Assembly: GCA_028534125.1 (NCBI GenBank)
Contig: CM052817.1
Location: 29,142,001-29,206,000, forward strand
Length of the DNA: 64,000 nucleotides
Reading direction: 5' to 3'
Source of the DNA: Lama glama
Lineage: Eukaryota
Numbering within the stretch: position 1 is the first letter of the stretch; every line of letters begins with the position of its first letter. Shown here one piece after another: positions 51,448-63,706 of the stretch. Below the pieces are notes generated by a model. The model did no database searches. It was not told where the DNA came from and saw only the letters and a program-made list of their open reading frames with translations. Position numbers and translations under genes: made by a program.

Positions 51448-52471
51448 AAGTTGGTCCCCCTTAACTGTGGTTTTGTTTTTTGTGGTTTCATTTACCCATG
51501 GTCAACTGTCATCCAAAATATTAAATAGAAAATTCCAGGAATAGCAATCCATAAGTTTTGAATTGTATGTCATTCTGGTTAGCATGATGAAATCTCACTC
51601 CATCCTGCACTGTTCCTCCTGGGATGTGAATCATCCTTTTCTTCCGGATATCTTGCTGGTTAGTGTTAGTCACTTAGCAGCCACCTTGGTTATCAGACCC
51701 ACTATCATAGTATCGGGGTGCTTGTGTTCAAGTAACCTATATTTTGCTTAATAATGTCCTCAAACCACAAGAGTACTGATGCTGGCAATTTGAACCAGCC
51801 AAAGAGAACCTGTAAGGAGCTTCCTTTAAGTGAAATGGTGAAAGTTCTTGACTTAATAAGGAAAGAAAAAAAAATTGTATGATCAGGTTGCTAAGATCTG
51901 TGGTATAAACAGATCTTTTACCTGTGAAATTGTGAAGAAAGAAAAAGAAATTTGTGCTAGTTTTGTTGTCGCACCTCGAACTGCAAAAGCTATAGCCACA
52001 GTGCGCGAGTTTGAGAGAGAGAGATTGAGAGAAAGATTCACGTAACTTTCGTTAAAGTGGAGTTGACCCTTGAACAACACCGGGGTTAGGGGTACCAGCC
52101 CCCTCGTAGTCGAAAATCTGCGTGTAACTTTACAGTCAGTCCTCCGTACCTGTGGTTCTGCGTCTGAGGATTCAGCCCGCCTTGGATTACGTAGTCTGTG
52201 GTGCGTATTCAATGAAAAAGCTCCGTGTGTACGTGGACCTGTGTGGTTTGAACTGTCGTTGATCAAGGGTCCACTGTATATTGTTACAATTATTCTACTT
52301 TATTTTTAGTTACTGTTGTTGTTCTCTTAATGTGCCTAATTTATGAATTAAACTTTATCATACATCTGTATAGGGAAAAACATAGTATATATAAGGATTT
52401 GATATTATTGTGGTTGCAGGCATCCAGTGGAGATCTTGGAACCTAACTGGTGTAGGTAAGAAGGCACTATT
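51448..52471 (+). mobile_element. MER44 (Tigger7-derived) DNA transposon
   Basis: Ends aagttggtcccccttaac and gtaagaaggcactattg, each flanked by TA; internal transposase N-terminal remnant (cttcctttaagtgaaatggtgaaagttcttgacttaataagg). Confidence 0.85.
52060..52277. mobile_element. Tigger2/MER8-type MITE nested inside MER44
   Basis: Terminal inverted repeats gagttgacccttgaacaac and gttgatcaagggtccactg; MER44 sequence resumes after it. Confidence 0.85.
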
Positions 52472-55425
52472 GTACTGTGGAAATCACTGTGTCATCCACC
52501 TCACTGAAGGTGGTAAAGGAGTCACCTCCCCTAAGCCACAGTAGTCTTGTAACTCGGCTAGATGACACGTTCCAGGCAGCAGAGTGCCCGGCAGTCAGTT
52601 GCCTGTCTGGGAGCAGGCTGGCTAACGTGCTGGTGACGAATGCATGCGTGTAGCTATGGGTTCAGACGTGGAGCTCACTGGGATGGGCACAGAGTCCTGG
52701 TTGCCATGCCAACCAGCTAAGGTTTGAGATAAGTAGTCTACTCAGAATGTTTTTGGAAGTTGATTTCATCCTCCAAATAATCTAATTTGAGTGTGTTTGT
52801 TCATGTTGGGATTTCTTTTTCCACCTAAGGAAGTACTTGAACCATCTCTGGTGATACTGAGCTGGTTGCTCATGTTTATGGATGGTGATTAGACTGGTCC
52901 GCCTAGGTTTGCTAGTGTACAGGTTTCTTCTAATTTAATTTAAATAGAGTCAGAAATAGAATGGGGTGACAATGTATCAAATGATGCAGACTATCTTAAA
53001 TATAAAGCCTTATTTAGGAAAATAGTTAAATATAAATAAAGTTGCTGTACTGTTGCTGAATAATTGTGTTGTCACCGTCATTATGATTGACCAATATTTC
53101 CTTCTCTATAAATCTTTGAGTTCACTATACGTTGATAGACTTGAGTAGAGAGAAGGATATATTGGTTTAAATATCGGTTTAGAATTGATAGAATCCCTGT
53201 CATAGGAAGATTGACAGCCTAGAGTATCTAATTATCTTTCAGTAACTTTGGAAAATGCATCAACTTGTCAAACCTGGCATCAGTCTAACACCAAAAGGAA
53301 ACATTAAATCATGAAGATTAGTTTATTACAAAAATCCTATGAGTAACCATTAACCAATTTAACTTCTTTTACAAAGATTTCCACACATACTTAGATGGAA
53401 AAGAGAAAAGTAAATGTGAACATTTTTATGGCAATTCTTTCCCTTTTGCCACAAGAGATGTGCTCCATTTATAGCCTTTTAAGCGCCAGCTTGGAAATGA
53501 TGTGTTGCCATATTTTATTTGCTCCTTTGTATGCCTAGAGATAAAATACCAACATCAAAGCAGTAAATACTGCATAGGAGGTATTGATGGAAACAGTGGC
53601 ATAATAGAAAAATATAACTCACTTTTCCTACTTATGTGGGAATATTGGAAAACAAATCAAACAAAAGGGGGGGTTTCCACGAGAAGGGATAAATACAATG
53701 TGCCAATTAAAATTTCTCTTTTAGTTCCTCTTTTTCAAGACTGTATTGTCTTAGTATTTCTTCACTCATCGCCATGACACTTGCAGAAGGTAGTATTGAA
53801 ACAAGAGCCAAGATGACCCCTGTGGACACTGGGACTCATCCTGGAGAGGTCACAAGAGGTGCGGCTCCAGTCACTGTTACTCATTTCATTTAATATGCAA
53901 GCAGCTCCAGTGGTTTTGCTGTCTCATAACTTGTCTTCACTGCTTTCCAGAATTATTTTGAGGCACGCATCATTATCAAAGAACAGTAAAAAAAAAAGGT
54001 TTCAGTTGTTCATGACAGAGGATTTAACTATATATCTGTCTTATCCTGTAGCCTATCTTTTTTCTCAATTGTTATGTTGATATTCACATTTTGTCTGTAT
54101 GTTATTTGTCTTAAAGATTTTCTTTCCATTGGATAGGGATAGGTAAATATCACTGATTGTGACAGGTTCTCTCTTTTGTTATTGCAGAATTCTGGGCTTT
54201 CCTTAAATTGTCGCAAGTTCAAATCATCTTTGCCCAGATGGGCAGTCACTGATTAGCTAGCCCCCAGTAACTGGATATGCAGAGAACTTTCTGTGACTCT
54301 TGGGGATACTCCTGGTCTACATGATCAAAATGTTTATTCTTCGTTATGTTTGTTCATGGTTCTGAACTATGGACTGACTCAACGATAAGCCACCAACACT
54401 GGCATGTCTTCTACATGTGTACCTCATGATAGAAAATGATTGCCAGGATTCTTAGGAGAAGGACTTGTGATCCTGTCCCAGAGAACAATTTACTCACTTG
54501 TGATGAAGCCTCTGGGACTGAAGAGACAGGGCCTCATTCTAGGAAACTGGAAGTATTCCTTTTCCAGAGTCCAGACTAATGAAGCCTCTGAGATACCTTG
54601 ACTCATGAAAGAAATTAGAGTGGACAATGTGAGTTTCTCTGTAGACAAGTATGCCAAAGTCAAAAGTCTGCTTAGTGTTGCTCTATTATGTTAATTTGTG
54701 TATTCTAAAAACCATTATTATTATTATTATTTTGGATTCTATTGAAATTTTTATTGCTGTCATGACTGGCCCTGGTATATTGGTGTATCTGCTCACTGCA
54801 GTGCCATTCTTAGTTTGTTCTACCCTTATCAGAGTTTGCTATATGTAGCAGTGAATCAGAGATTATGTATATAAAACTCCTTGTAAGGTTTCATTAATTA
54901 AAACCTATTGAGGAAAAAAATGATGCTCAAGGACAACAAGTGTTTCATAATGCTACGTTTCATCAGTTTTTCATGTGTTAATATCTCTGAGATTAGTTTT
55001 CATGTTACAGTCAGTGCATCTTCGATTTGGTTTAAAAAATGGTTTCGTCTACCAGCCTTCTCATGTCCTCAAGCATTCTATATCAAAAGGGCAAAGACTG
55101 AATCAGGCAAGATGTTTTAGAAATATGAAGACTCTTCATTTCTGAAATGAAGCATCACATCATCACGGAGATACTGTAGATGTTGGGGAAATCCCAGGAA
55201 CAGCCATGCTCTCATCAGTAGGATATAAATCAGATGCTGGATTATAACAATGTCTATTTTTCAAGCTTCAACCAAGCATGGACAATTAGAATGAAAGTTC
55301 CAAAACTTTAAAAAAATGCACAAAATTACAATGGGTACAGTATTACAGTGTGTTGACAGATGTTTATAAAAACTGGAAACAACTCTCATTTAAAGGGGAA
55401 AATTTCAAAGTAGGTGTTCTGAACA

Positions 55426-55433
55426 AAAATACA

Positions 55434-55468
<35 letters not shown>
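55426..55468. repeat. (AAAT)n microsatellite
   Basis: Direct reading. Confidence 0.95.
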
Positions 55469-56269
55469 CAAGAGGCAATGCCCCCCAGAATCTAATTTTT
55501 GGACTAATATAAAAACTTAATAAGGGAGGAGACCTAGCCATCTTGTTAAACTCATACATAAATCCATTTTATGCTGAGACCACTTGATCAAAATAAATTC
55601 TAATAAAAAAAAAGGCCATTAAAAGGATGCTATTCAAGACCTCTGGCTCTTTTCAGTGGGTGACCTTACAATTCCCTGTTGGTTGCACAATTACTGGGTG
55701 CCAGTGAGCACAGATTCTTTGTGTTCTGCCAGCTTTTGAAGTGGCTAAGCTAAATCCACCTAACCCTCAGCGCGCAGCATTCTGCAGTGTTAGCTACAGA
55801 TGATGCCATTACCCAGTAGATTGTGCTCTGCACACCATTCAAGACAGAATCATTTTTAAAAAGAGAGCTATATCTTTGACTTGACAGGCCTGATAAATCA
55901 AATCTAGGTTGCAAAGCCAAAAGTAGATTCAATGAAGCAGTATGAGGCCGAGCTGGTTCAGAGAAGCTATGTAGTACAATTCAACTTGTTTTTTGAAATG
56001 TCATAGTTATACTTAAAAGTCCTACTTGGTTAGACTGTCATAAAATTTTAATTACTTTGTGTATCCAAATTATAAGGAGAATAACATAGAAAATTTAAAC
56101 AGCTTATAGTCTCTGAGATTAGATGTCCTTATTTATTATTTGGGGTCCAACTAGATAAATTTACATGAATCTGAACTTGAAGGTAAAGATACTAGAAATA
56201 TCTTTCATGGAATCTAATTTCTGTTGAACAACATCTCTGATTAATACATGGGACTCTGGTGAGATGGAA

Positions 56270-56630
56270 ATGCACTGGCCAGATCTCCCTCAAGGTGGGA
56301 CTTGTTCCAGCTGTCAGCCTCCAGCTGTTAGCTCCTTCAATGTTTGCCTGAGCTGGGGAGTGCTGCCTCCCTCCAGGGGCAGCCATCCTGAAGCGGTCCA
56401 CATCAAATGACCCATCACCATGGGGTATAAAGGCCTGGTCACTTTGGTTCACCAAGGAATGGGTCATCCATGCTCCAGAGCCCTGCAAGGGATTAGCCGA
56501 GGCTTTGTTGGGACTGTGTTGTTGTTCAGCTGCTCCATCCTGCCTCCTTCCCCTTCCACATGCTCTCGTAGTCACTCTGCGTGCCAGATTCTTCCTCTGT
56601 GCCTGCTTCTAGAAAACCAGTCTGCAACAG
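56270..56630 (+). mobile_element. LTR16-like solo LTR (ERV-L class)
   Basis: ggggtataaaggcctgg TATA region, gccgaggctttgttgggactg, and end tgcttctagaaaaccagtctgcaaca; resembles the LTRs at 33.1 and 37.3 kb. Confidence 0.75.
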
Positions 56631-58096
56631 GGAGCACACAGAAACAGTCTCAGCAAGGAAAATGTCAAGCCCTGGCTCCTCTCTGAATACATCACAGCAA
56701 ATAGTTCACCCTCCAGAGGGCTTTGGTGGAATAACAAGTGGAAACCTATGGTATCTACTCTTGCTTGCTCCAGCGACCAACTTTCTCACTACCGTGCCAG
56801 AAAGAATCATGTGTCATGTCCTTCTTTATCAGGCACTGTCCTGTGAGATTACAATGAAATGATAATTGTTGGGAATTTTTCTTTTTTGTGTGTGTACTGT
56901 TTTAAAAATCTGGATAAAAATAATTTACCTATAGGGGAGAGAGCTCCAAAGGAGAGACGTGTACATGTACGCTGTTGCCGAATGACTCCTGGGCTGGCTT
57001 ACTTTTAACAGCTATTTCAATGCTCTCTAATCCACCTGCTTATTTCCACTAAATTAAGCAATCTTAAAGTCACGCACCAGAAAGGTAAAGAGACCTATTT
57101 ATTTAAATAAACCAAAATGGAAAAGAGCTATTAATCCAACCCTGAATCTCCTACCCGTGGCTTTAAGGGAGGTGATTCTCACTATAGGAAGCTTCTGTGT
57201 TAGGGCACATGGGAGGCAATGAATGGGATGTGACTTGGTTGCACAGGGCTCCTATATGCTGTGCTTTGTTCTCATGCTTATGAGGAAAGTCACAAGGGTT
57301 GAAGGTGGTTCTCAAGGCATTATCCAAACATACATCACAGCAACCCATTCTCTGATGGGGATTCTTTCAGCCAATAGCATTCTCCCTTTCCCTCATGTGT
57401 CCAGTCCCCAACACCTATCTATGAGATACAAAAATTCTTGTGAATGGCTCCTCTCCCTCACAGCTAATTATCAAAAAAATGGAAATTGAGACTCATCTGA
57501 GACCTTCAAGTACATGTAAGTCCTAATAGGAAGGCTGAACATCTAATTTATTCAATGCCTTCAATTTTTTAATCATATAAAATGATAAATATTAGGAATA
57601 TGACACATTCCCCTTACCAGATGTATTTGAAGGGGAAATATATTTATTATTGAACTTGAATACATTAATACAGTTTCTCTATTTTCCTTGGAGAAAAATC
57701 AAACAAACCACAAAGAAATTGCTATATTTGCTGAACCATTTTCTCCTAAACCTGAAGATTATCTACATAGTCACAAAAGGGAATTTAACTAAACAGCCAG
57801 TAAGGCACCCCTTCCTACCCCCATCATACACAGCTTCTCAGCTACCTACCTGTGCTTTCCAAAGAGCATGGACAAGAGAGCACTGAGGTGAACAACCGTG
57901 AAATTCTAAGGAGGAAGGTGATTTCAATTTGATGGAAGCAGATGACCCATACTGGGGCCTTAGAGCAGGACTCCTAGAGAACAGAAATCCTTCGGGCCAG
58001 TTACTGCTTTCCTTAGTCTCTTTGATATTTCTCCTTGTGTTTCAGTTTTGCCTGAGAATTAGTATTTTTTTTTTTTGCATTCTCCTGCTTATTCTT

Positions 58097-58213
58097 TTTT
58101 TGGGGGGGGCAACTAGGTTTATATTTATTGTTTTTCAACAGTACTGGGGATTGAACCCAGGGACCTTGTGCATGCTAAGCATGCACTCTACCACTGAACT
58201 ATACCCTCCCCGC
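58097..58213 (-). mobile_element. tRNA-derived camelid-type SINE with TSD
   Basis: Minus strand ggggagggtatagttcagtggtagagtgcatgcttagcatgcacaaggtccctgggttcaatccccagtac; TSD tcctgct(t/a)attctt at 58083-58096 and 58216-58229. Confidence 0.92.
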
Positions 58214-59960
58214 CTTCCTGCTAATTCTTAATCTTTGATTGTCCACCCCCTTTAGGGAGAGGTTGGCAGTTAACTACTCTGCCTTCTTTGCTCCACTTTT
58301 TCACTGAAACAGTCCCTTTTCATGCCTACCACGCTATGAGACAGAGGTGTACTGCTTCAGTGTTTGGCATAGTATAAAGAATTCTGTTTTATAGAATAAA
58401 AAAGAGTTTGATTAGCTGACTGATCATGAGAAAGACACCTTATCTCTCTCAAGATTTTGATCAGGAAAAGAAACGAAGTATCTTGAGAAGGAAAGTTTTT
58501 ATACTGAGAAGAAACTGCTTTAAAACTTAATGGAAACACTGGAGGAGTAAAGATCAGGGGAGGCCACCACTCTCAGGTTCTCTGTAGTTTTCTGTGAAAG
58601 GGTGTTACTCTCGTTATCTGGCTCAAGAAATTCAGAAACCCGTCCATGATGGGCACAGCTGTATTTAACACCAAGGCAGGTGATTCGTGGGTGAACACCC
58701 GGAGGCTCTAGCAAAACTTCCCATCTGCTAAGCCCACACATTCAATCATACAGAAGAAGGTTAATGGCCTGTGTCTTTCTAACAAGTGCCTCTCACTGGT
58801 GAAATCTAAATAGGAATCACACTAAACACGCTTCTGGTACAGGTATCTCCCAGGATTCGTGGTTCCTTAAACTTTTGTTTTCCTCTTAATAAATGAAATG
58901 ATTTGTATATTCCTGCTCATCATTAGCTAAGCAAAGCAAAATATTCTCATCTTTTGTTACTAAAATGATGACCTGATCACAGCCAGTGGGAGCAGCCTCA
59001 GCTACCTTCGTTTTTAATAAAAATGCACAGTCACTCCTAATGAAATCTCTAAATACTATGGAAAGGGTGCCTTTATTGAGAGACATGCTTGAATCAACAG
59101 CAGGGATGATTTCCATGCAGCCGCTCATGGTTTGACTGTTCTAATTTGAGAGGGAATAGTTTTTCGCTAGTTCCTCAAGGATTATCGCCTTTGCAGGGTT
59201 TTTATGGTCTTTTCGGGAATAAGTTAAATTTAGTGTCACTCAGTAGTCTTTAACTCTCTTTTTCCTTCAATCTTCTGTGATGTGTGAGCTATTTCAAGAA
59301 TACAAATATGATCTGGGGTTAGAAGTTGATGTCAGATTCTGAGTAATTCCTCCAGGCTCTGTCTGCTGCTGCTTCTTTCCCCTTCCTACTGCTTTTCTCT
59401 TTCGCACTATGAAACCCCATGCAGACGATCAGCAAGGCCCCCTGCTCTGTGATGCTCCTGACCACAAGTGGGTGGTATTTAAGCAGCCAAAGCTCGATAT
59501 TTAGTGACAATATATTTGGTTGTCTTTTTCTGCTAGGCCATCCATGATCCTGCTCACAGTTTTAGTAAACGGGCTTCAGAATGGTTCCTTCTGAAGGACT
59601 CTGCTGGTTCAGGTTTTATTCTAGGAAGAGGGAGACAGGGGAAGGCTATTTTGCTTTCTTTTGATCTCCTCAGGCCTCCAGTCCAGTGATTCTTGAAATA
59701 TTCACCTCTTTACTTCAAGAGTTACTAATCTGCTTGAATGTGTGATTTTTGCCAGCTATGTTTAACCACTAGGGTAATAACAGAAAAAGGTAGGATAGTA
59801 TTTATATGATAAAATTTAGAGAAATTGCTGAATGGATACAACCAGGAAGACTAGGAAGTTAGATGGTTAAGGATGCTGGCAAGACAGAGATTGAAATAAT
59901 GAATTCTCAATTGAATTTGGAAGTGCAGCTAAAAGGCTTTATAGATTCGGAGAAAATGGC

Positions 59961-60440
59961 TGTGTCAGTCAGATTCTTGTAGAAAATAGAAAATGGTATT
60001 CTTAAAAGAGGTAAGAGTTTATACTAAAATTCGAGCAATTAATAAAGCATGGTACAGCTCCCAAGGTCCATCAACAGTGGGGAGCTGTTACATACCCCAG
60101 GTCTGAAAGGCTACAGAAGAAGAGAGTGGAGAGAGAGAGAAAGGACAAGACACACAATGACCAAGCGGGAGAGGGAAAGAGAAAGAGGATGATGAGAGAG
60201 TTTAACTACTGGAGAAAACAGCTGAAAATGGAACGTGGCCTTTGGTAGAAGAAGGAGACAGGACAAAAAATAAATTCCCCATCTCACTCTCCTCCCACCC
60301 TCTGACATCATGCCTGAAGTTCATGGGCTGAATTCATTCAAAAACCAGAGCTGCGAACGATACTGACTGGTTGAGACAGTACATGAGCAAGCCTCCTGGT
60401 ACAGAGTGCCGTTTGCAGAAAAGCGGATTATAGGTTTGTG
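59961..60440 (-). mobile_element. Old ERVL-class LTR remnant (LTR33-like)
   Basis: Starts tgtgtcagtcagattcttgtagaaaatagaaaatgg; contains ctcactctcctcccaccctctgac; heavily diverged. Confidence 0.45.
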
Positions 60441-60670
60441 TGGAGTACAAAAAACCCTTGGTGCAAGGAAGGAGTCAATTGATACAAGTTTTTTTTTAAT
60501 GTTAAGAAGCATGAAAGCTATAGTATTATAACAGATGGTGATGGACACAATGGATTTTAGGCATTCAGTGGTGAATCAGTTTTGAAGAGTGACACTTTCT
60601 AGTCTGCATTCAAGTGAGTGGGCTGATAAAGTAGAGAAGGAATGAAGGTTGTTAGGCTTGGTCCTGAAGG

Positions 60671-60798
60671 TAGAGTGAATGATCGTAGTTTTTTGGGGGT
60701 GAAGAGCTTTCCAGGGATGTAGGACTTCTGTGCTAAAACCAGGAGAGTCCTGGACAAACTGGGACAGTTCCAGGTAAATGGTGCAAGTTGGTCAAACT
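60671..60798. mobile_element. MER81/MER94-like hAT MITE
   Basis: gtgctaaaaccaggagagtcctggacaaactgggacagtt...gttggtca, with a tagagtga left end. Confidence 0.7.
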
Positions 60799-61072
60799 TC
60801 TTGAAGGGTCGACAGGAATTCCGTGCAGAGGGAAAAGCGTTAGCCAAGGTATAGATACAGTAGTAGGGAGTTTCTGCAAGAACAATAATGTATTTTGGCT
60901 GGAATCCAGGGTAGATTCAATAGGAAGAGTAAGCAAAGTGAAAACTAGCATCGCTAGTTATGTAACAACAAGGAGCTTGCTGTATAGTCAGTTTTGGTTT
61001 TCTAGTATTGGAGTTGAATCTAGCTGACCAGTTTACAGAGGACACAGACCTTGTGTATATCTTCCATACAAT

Positions 61073-62441
61073 TTTTTCTTTCCTTTTGTTTTTTTTAAAC
61101 TTTTTTTTATTGAGTTGTAGTCATTTTACAATGCTGTGTCAAATTCCAGTGTACAGCACAATTTTTCAGTTATACATGAACATGCATATATTCATTATCA
61201 CATTTTTTTTTGCTGTGAGCTACCATAAGATCTTGTACATATTTCTCTGTGCTATACAGTATAATCTTGTTTATCTATTCTACATATGCCTGTCAGTATC
61301 TACAAATTTTGAGCTCCCAGTCTATCCCTTCCCACCCCCTCCCCTTTGGCAACCACAAGTTTGTATTCTATGTCTATGAGTCTGTTTCTGTTTTGTATTT
61401 ATCTTCTTCTTTTTTTTTTTTTTTTAGATTCCACATATGAGTGATCTTATGTGGTATTTTTCTTTCTCTTTCTGGCTTACTTCACTTAGAATGACATTCT
61501 CCAGGGACATCCATGTTGCTGCAAATGGCATTATGTTGTCATTTTTATGGCTGAATAGTATTCCATTGTATAAATATATCACCTCTTCTTTATCCAGTCA
61601 TCTGTTGATGGACATTTAGGCTGTTACCATACTTGGCTATTGTAAATAGTGCTGCTATGAATATTGGGGTGCAGGTGTCTTTTTGAAGTAGGGTTCCTTC
61701 TGGATATATGCCCAGGAGTGGAATTCCTGGGTCATATGGTAGGTCTGTTCCTAGTCTTTAGAGGAATCTCCATACCGTTTTCCACAGTGGCTGCACCAAA
61801 CTGCATTCCCACCAGCAGTGTAGGAGGATTCCCTTTTCTCCACAGCCTCTCCAGCATTTGTCATTTGTGGACTTTGGAATGATGGCCATTCTGGCTGGTG
61901 TGAGGTGATACCTCATTGTAGTTCTGATTTGCATTTCTCTGATTATTAGTGATATTGAGCATTTTTTCATGTGCCAATTGATCATTTGTATGTCTTCCTT
62001 GGAGAATTGCTTGTTCAGGTCTTCTGCCCATTTTTGGATTGGGTTGTTTGTTTTTTTCTTATTAAGTCTTATGAGCTACTTATATATTCTGGAGATCAAG
62101 CCTTCATTGGTTTCATCTGCAAAAATTTTCTCTCCTTCCGTAGGTTTTCTTTTTAGTTTTACTTATGGTTTCCTTTGCTGTGTAGAAGCTTTTAAGTTTC
62201 ATTAGGTCCCATTTGTTTATTCTTGCTTTTATTTCTATTGCTTGGGAAGACTGTTCTAGGAGAACATTTTTGAGATGTACGTGAGATAATGTTTTGCCTA
62301 TATTTTCTTCTAGGGGGTTTATTGTATCTTGTCTTATGTTTAAGTTTTTGATCCATTTTGAGTTTATTTTTGTGTATGGTGTAAGGAACTGTTCTAGCTT
62401 CACTGATTTACATGCTGCTGTCCAGTTTTTCTTTCCTTTTG
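61073..62441 (-). mobile_element. Young 5'-truncated L1 (~1.3 kb) with 16-bp TSD
   Basis: tttttctttccttttg at 61073-61088 and 62426-62441; well-preserved ORF2 peptides MKLEQFLTPYTKINSKWIK and [44 protein letters not shown]. Confidence 0.95.
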
Positions 62442-63649
62442 CTTGTAATTTTTGTTATTTTTATCAATCATTCAAACTGTCAAAAGTCTTCAGATAAAAT
62501 CTATTAGTGCATGTTTTTATGTTTCTATGTTTATAATTATCCAAGAAACTCAAGTTTCAAATCTAGCTTTTTTTTTAATCCTTGGATGATTCGATTATCA
62601 GTAGGATTGAAAGAATTAAACTTCAATTTCTCCTCTAATTATCAAGTTTAAAAATCCCAGGTAGGAAATTAGTGCCAGATGTTGTCTTAAATTTGGAAAA
62701 ACACAAAAATTTTAAAAATCTTTTTGAATTAGTCAAATCAAATTAAAAATGGATATGGCTGTTATAGTATAAAATAACAATTTGTTTTTCTATTTTAAAT
62801 AGGACTTAAAGTTATAAACTGTTATTTTAAATGATCTAAAACGCTTCATTATGAATCATTTTTTTAAAAAGCCTGTATCATATTGATATTGATACTGAAT
62901 AATATTCTCGTTTCTGGGATTAGTCAGTTGGCTAATTAGTATTTAAAGAATCCCAGTCACACCAGAAATCACTACTTTTGTAAAAGCAGTGTTGAAAGAG
63001 GAGATAATTTGGGGAGATAGACAAGAGTGTCCTCACAGATAGGTAAGCACAGCTCTGTTCAAGTGGCTACAGATGCACAAGAATTCTAACCAACGTTGCA
63101 GTGCTGGAAGCCCCTGTGTGGTTACTTCTCTGGCTTATTTGTCTTTGAAACTCAAAGGAAGAAAGGGTGTGATGTCACACTAAGTACAATATCATCATCA
63201 TGTCCACAAAGTAGAATTCCAACATCAATAGATGAAATTGATATAATTTGGTTTGTTGGAAAGGTTTATGTTAAATAAATTCTCTCTACCTAGAATTTTT
63301 CTTAAAATTTAGTCTGGAGAAAAGTGGCTGTTAATCATGTAATACCTTGGACATCACAAGCTCTTGATCAATGTATTTTTAAAATGCTCACTTTGCCTAT
63401 TTGCTGTCTTTATGAGAATTCCTCACTGTGGCAGAATTCCTTGAACAGCATAATGCAGTATTAATCACTCCCAGACTTAACTAACACAGGATCATTCTTG
63501 TTTTAAATAAAGTAAAATAAGAGGTTGTTAAGACACCATCTACGTTTGAAAATACTCAAAAGTCTATGAGTTTGAAAAAAATGGGGTTGCAGTGCCGATT
63601 ACCCAGTTTATCGATTATTTATGTTAATATTTTCTTCATATGTTAATAG

Positions 63650-63706
63650 GCACTATGGCATTTACAGAACAGAAGAACTAGAAAATAGTTCCAACACTTC
63701 ATTGTT
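63650..63706 (+). other. Candidate 57-nt internal exon of an unidentified gene
   Basis: Acceptor attttcttcatatgttaatag and consensus donor gtaagt at 63707; length is a multiple of 3; one open frame, HYGIYRTEELENSSNTSL. Confidence 0.5.

Larger units (their letters stand above)
51040..52742 (-). pseudogene. Alpha-tubulin processed pseudogene (TUBA1B-like), 5' UTR plus codons ~1-205, split by a DNA transposon
   Basis: Minus strand 52649-52480: HVSQP..GN..LCCLE..GDSFTTFSE. 51445-51040: [65 protein letters not shown]. Intronless, with stops and frameshifts; start codon decayed to ACG. Confidence 0.92.

Noticed and set aside
54503..54591. Direct repeat atgaagcctctg spaced ~76 bp apart
   Set aside because: No poly(A) or TE between the copies; cannot be distinguished from chance or an old local duplication.
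58097..58213. Possible tRNA gene
   Set aside because: It has A/B boxes but also a SINE tail, a TSD and a second diverged copy at 12.3 kb, so it is a SINE.
62949..63042. Possible exon ending at TAG|gtaagc
   Set aside because: No polypyrimidine tract at the acceptor; the open frame stops at the donor and is unrecognised.
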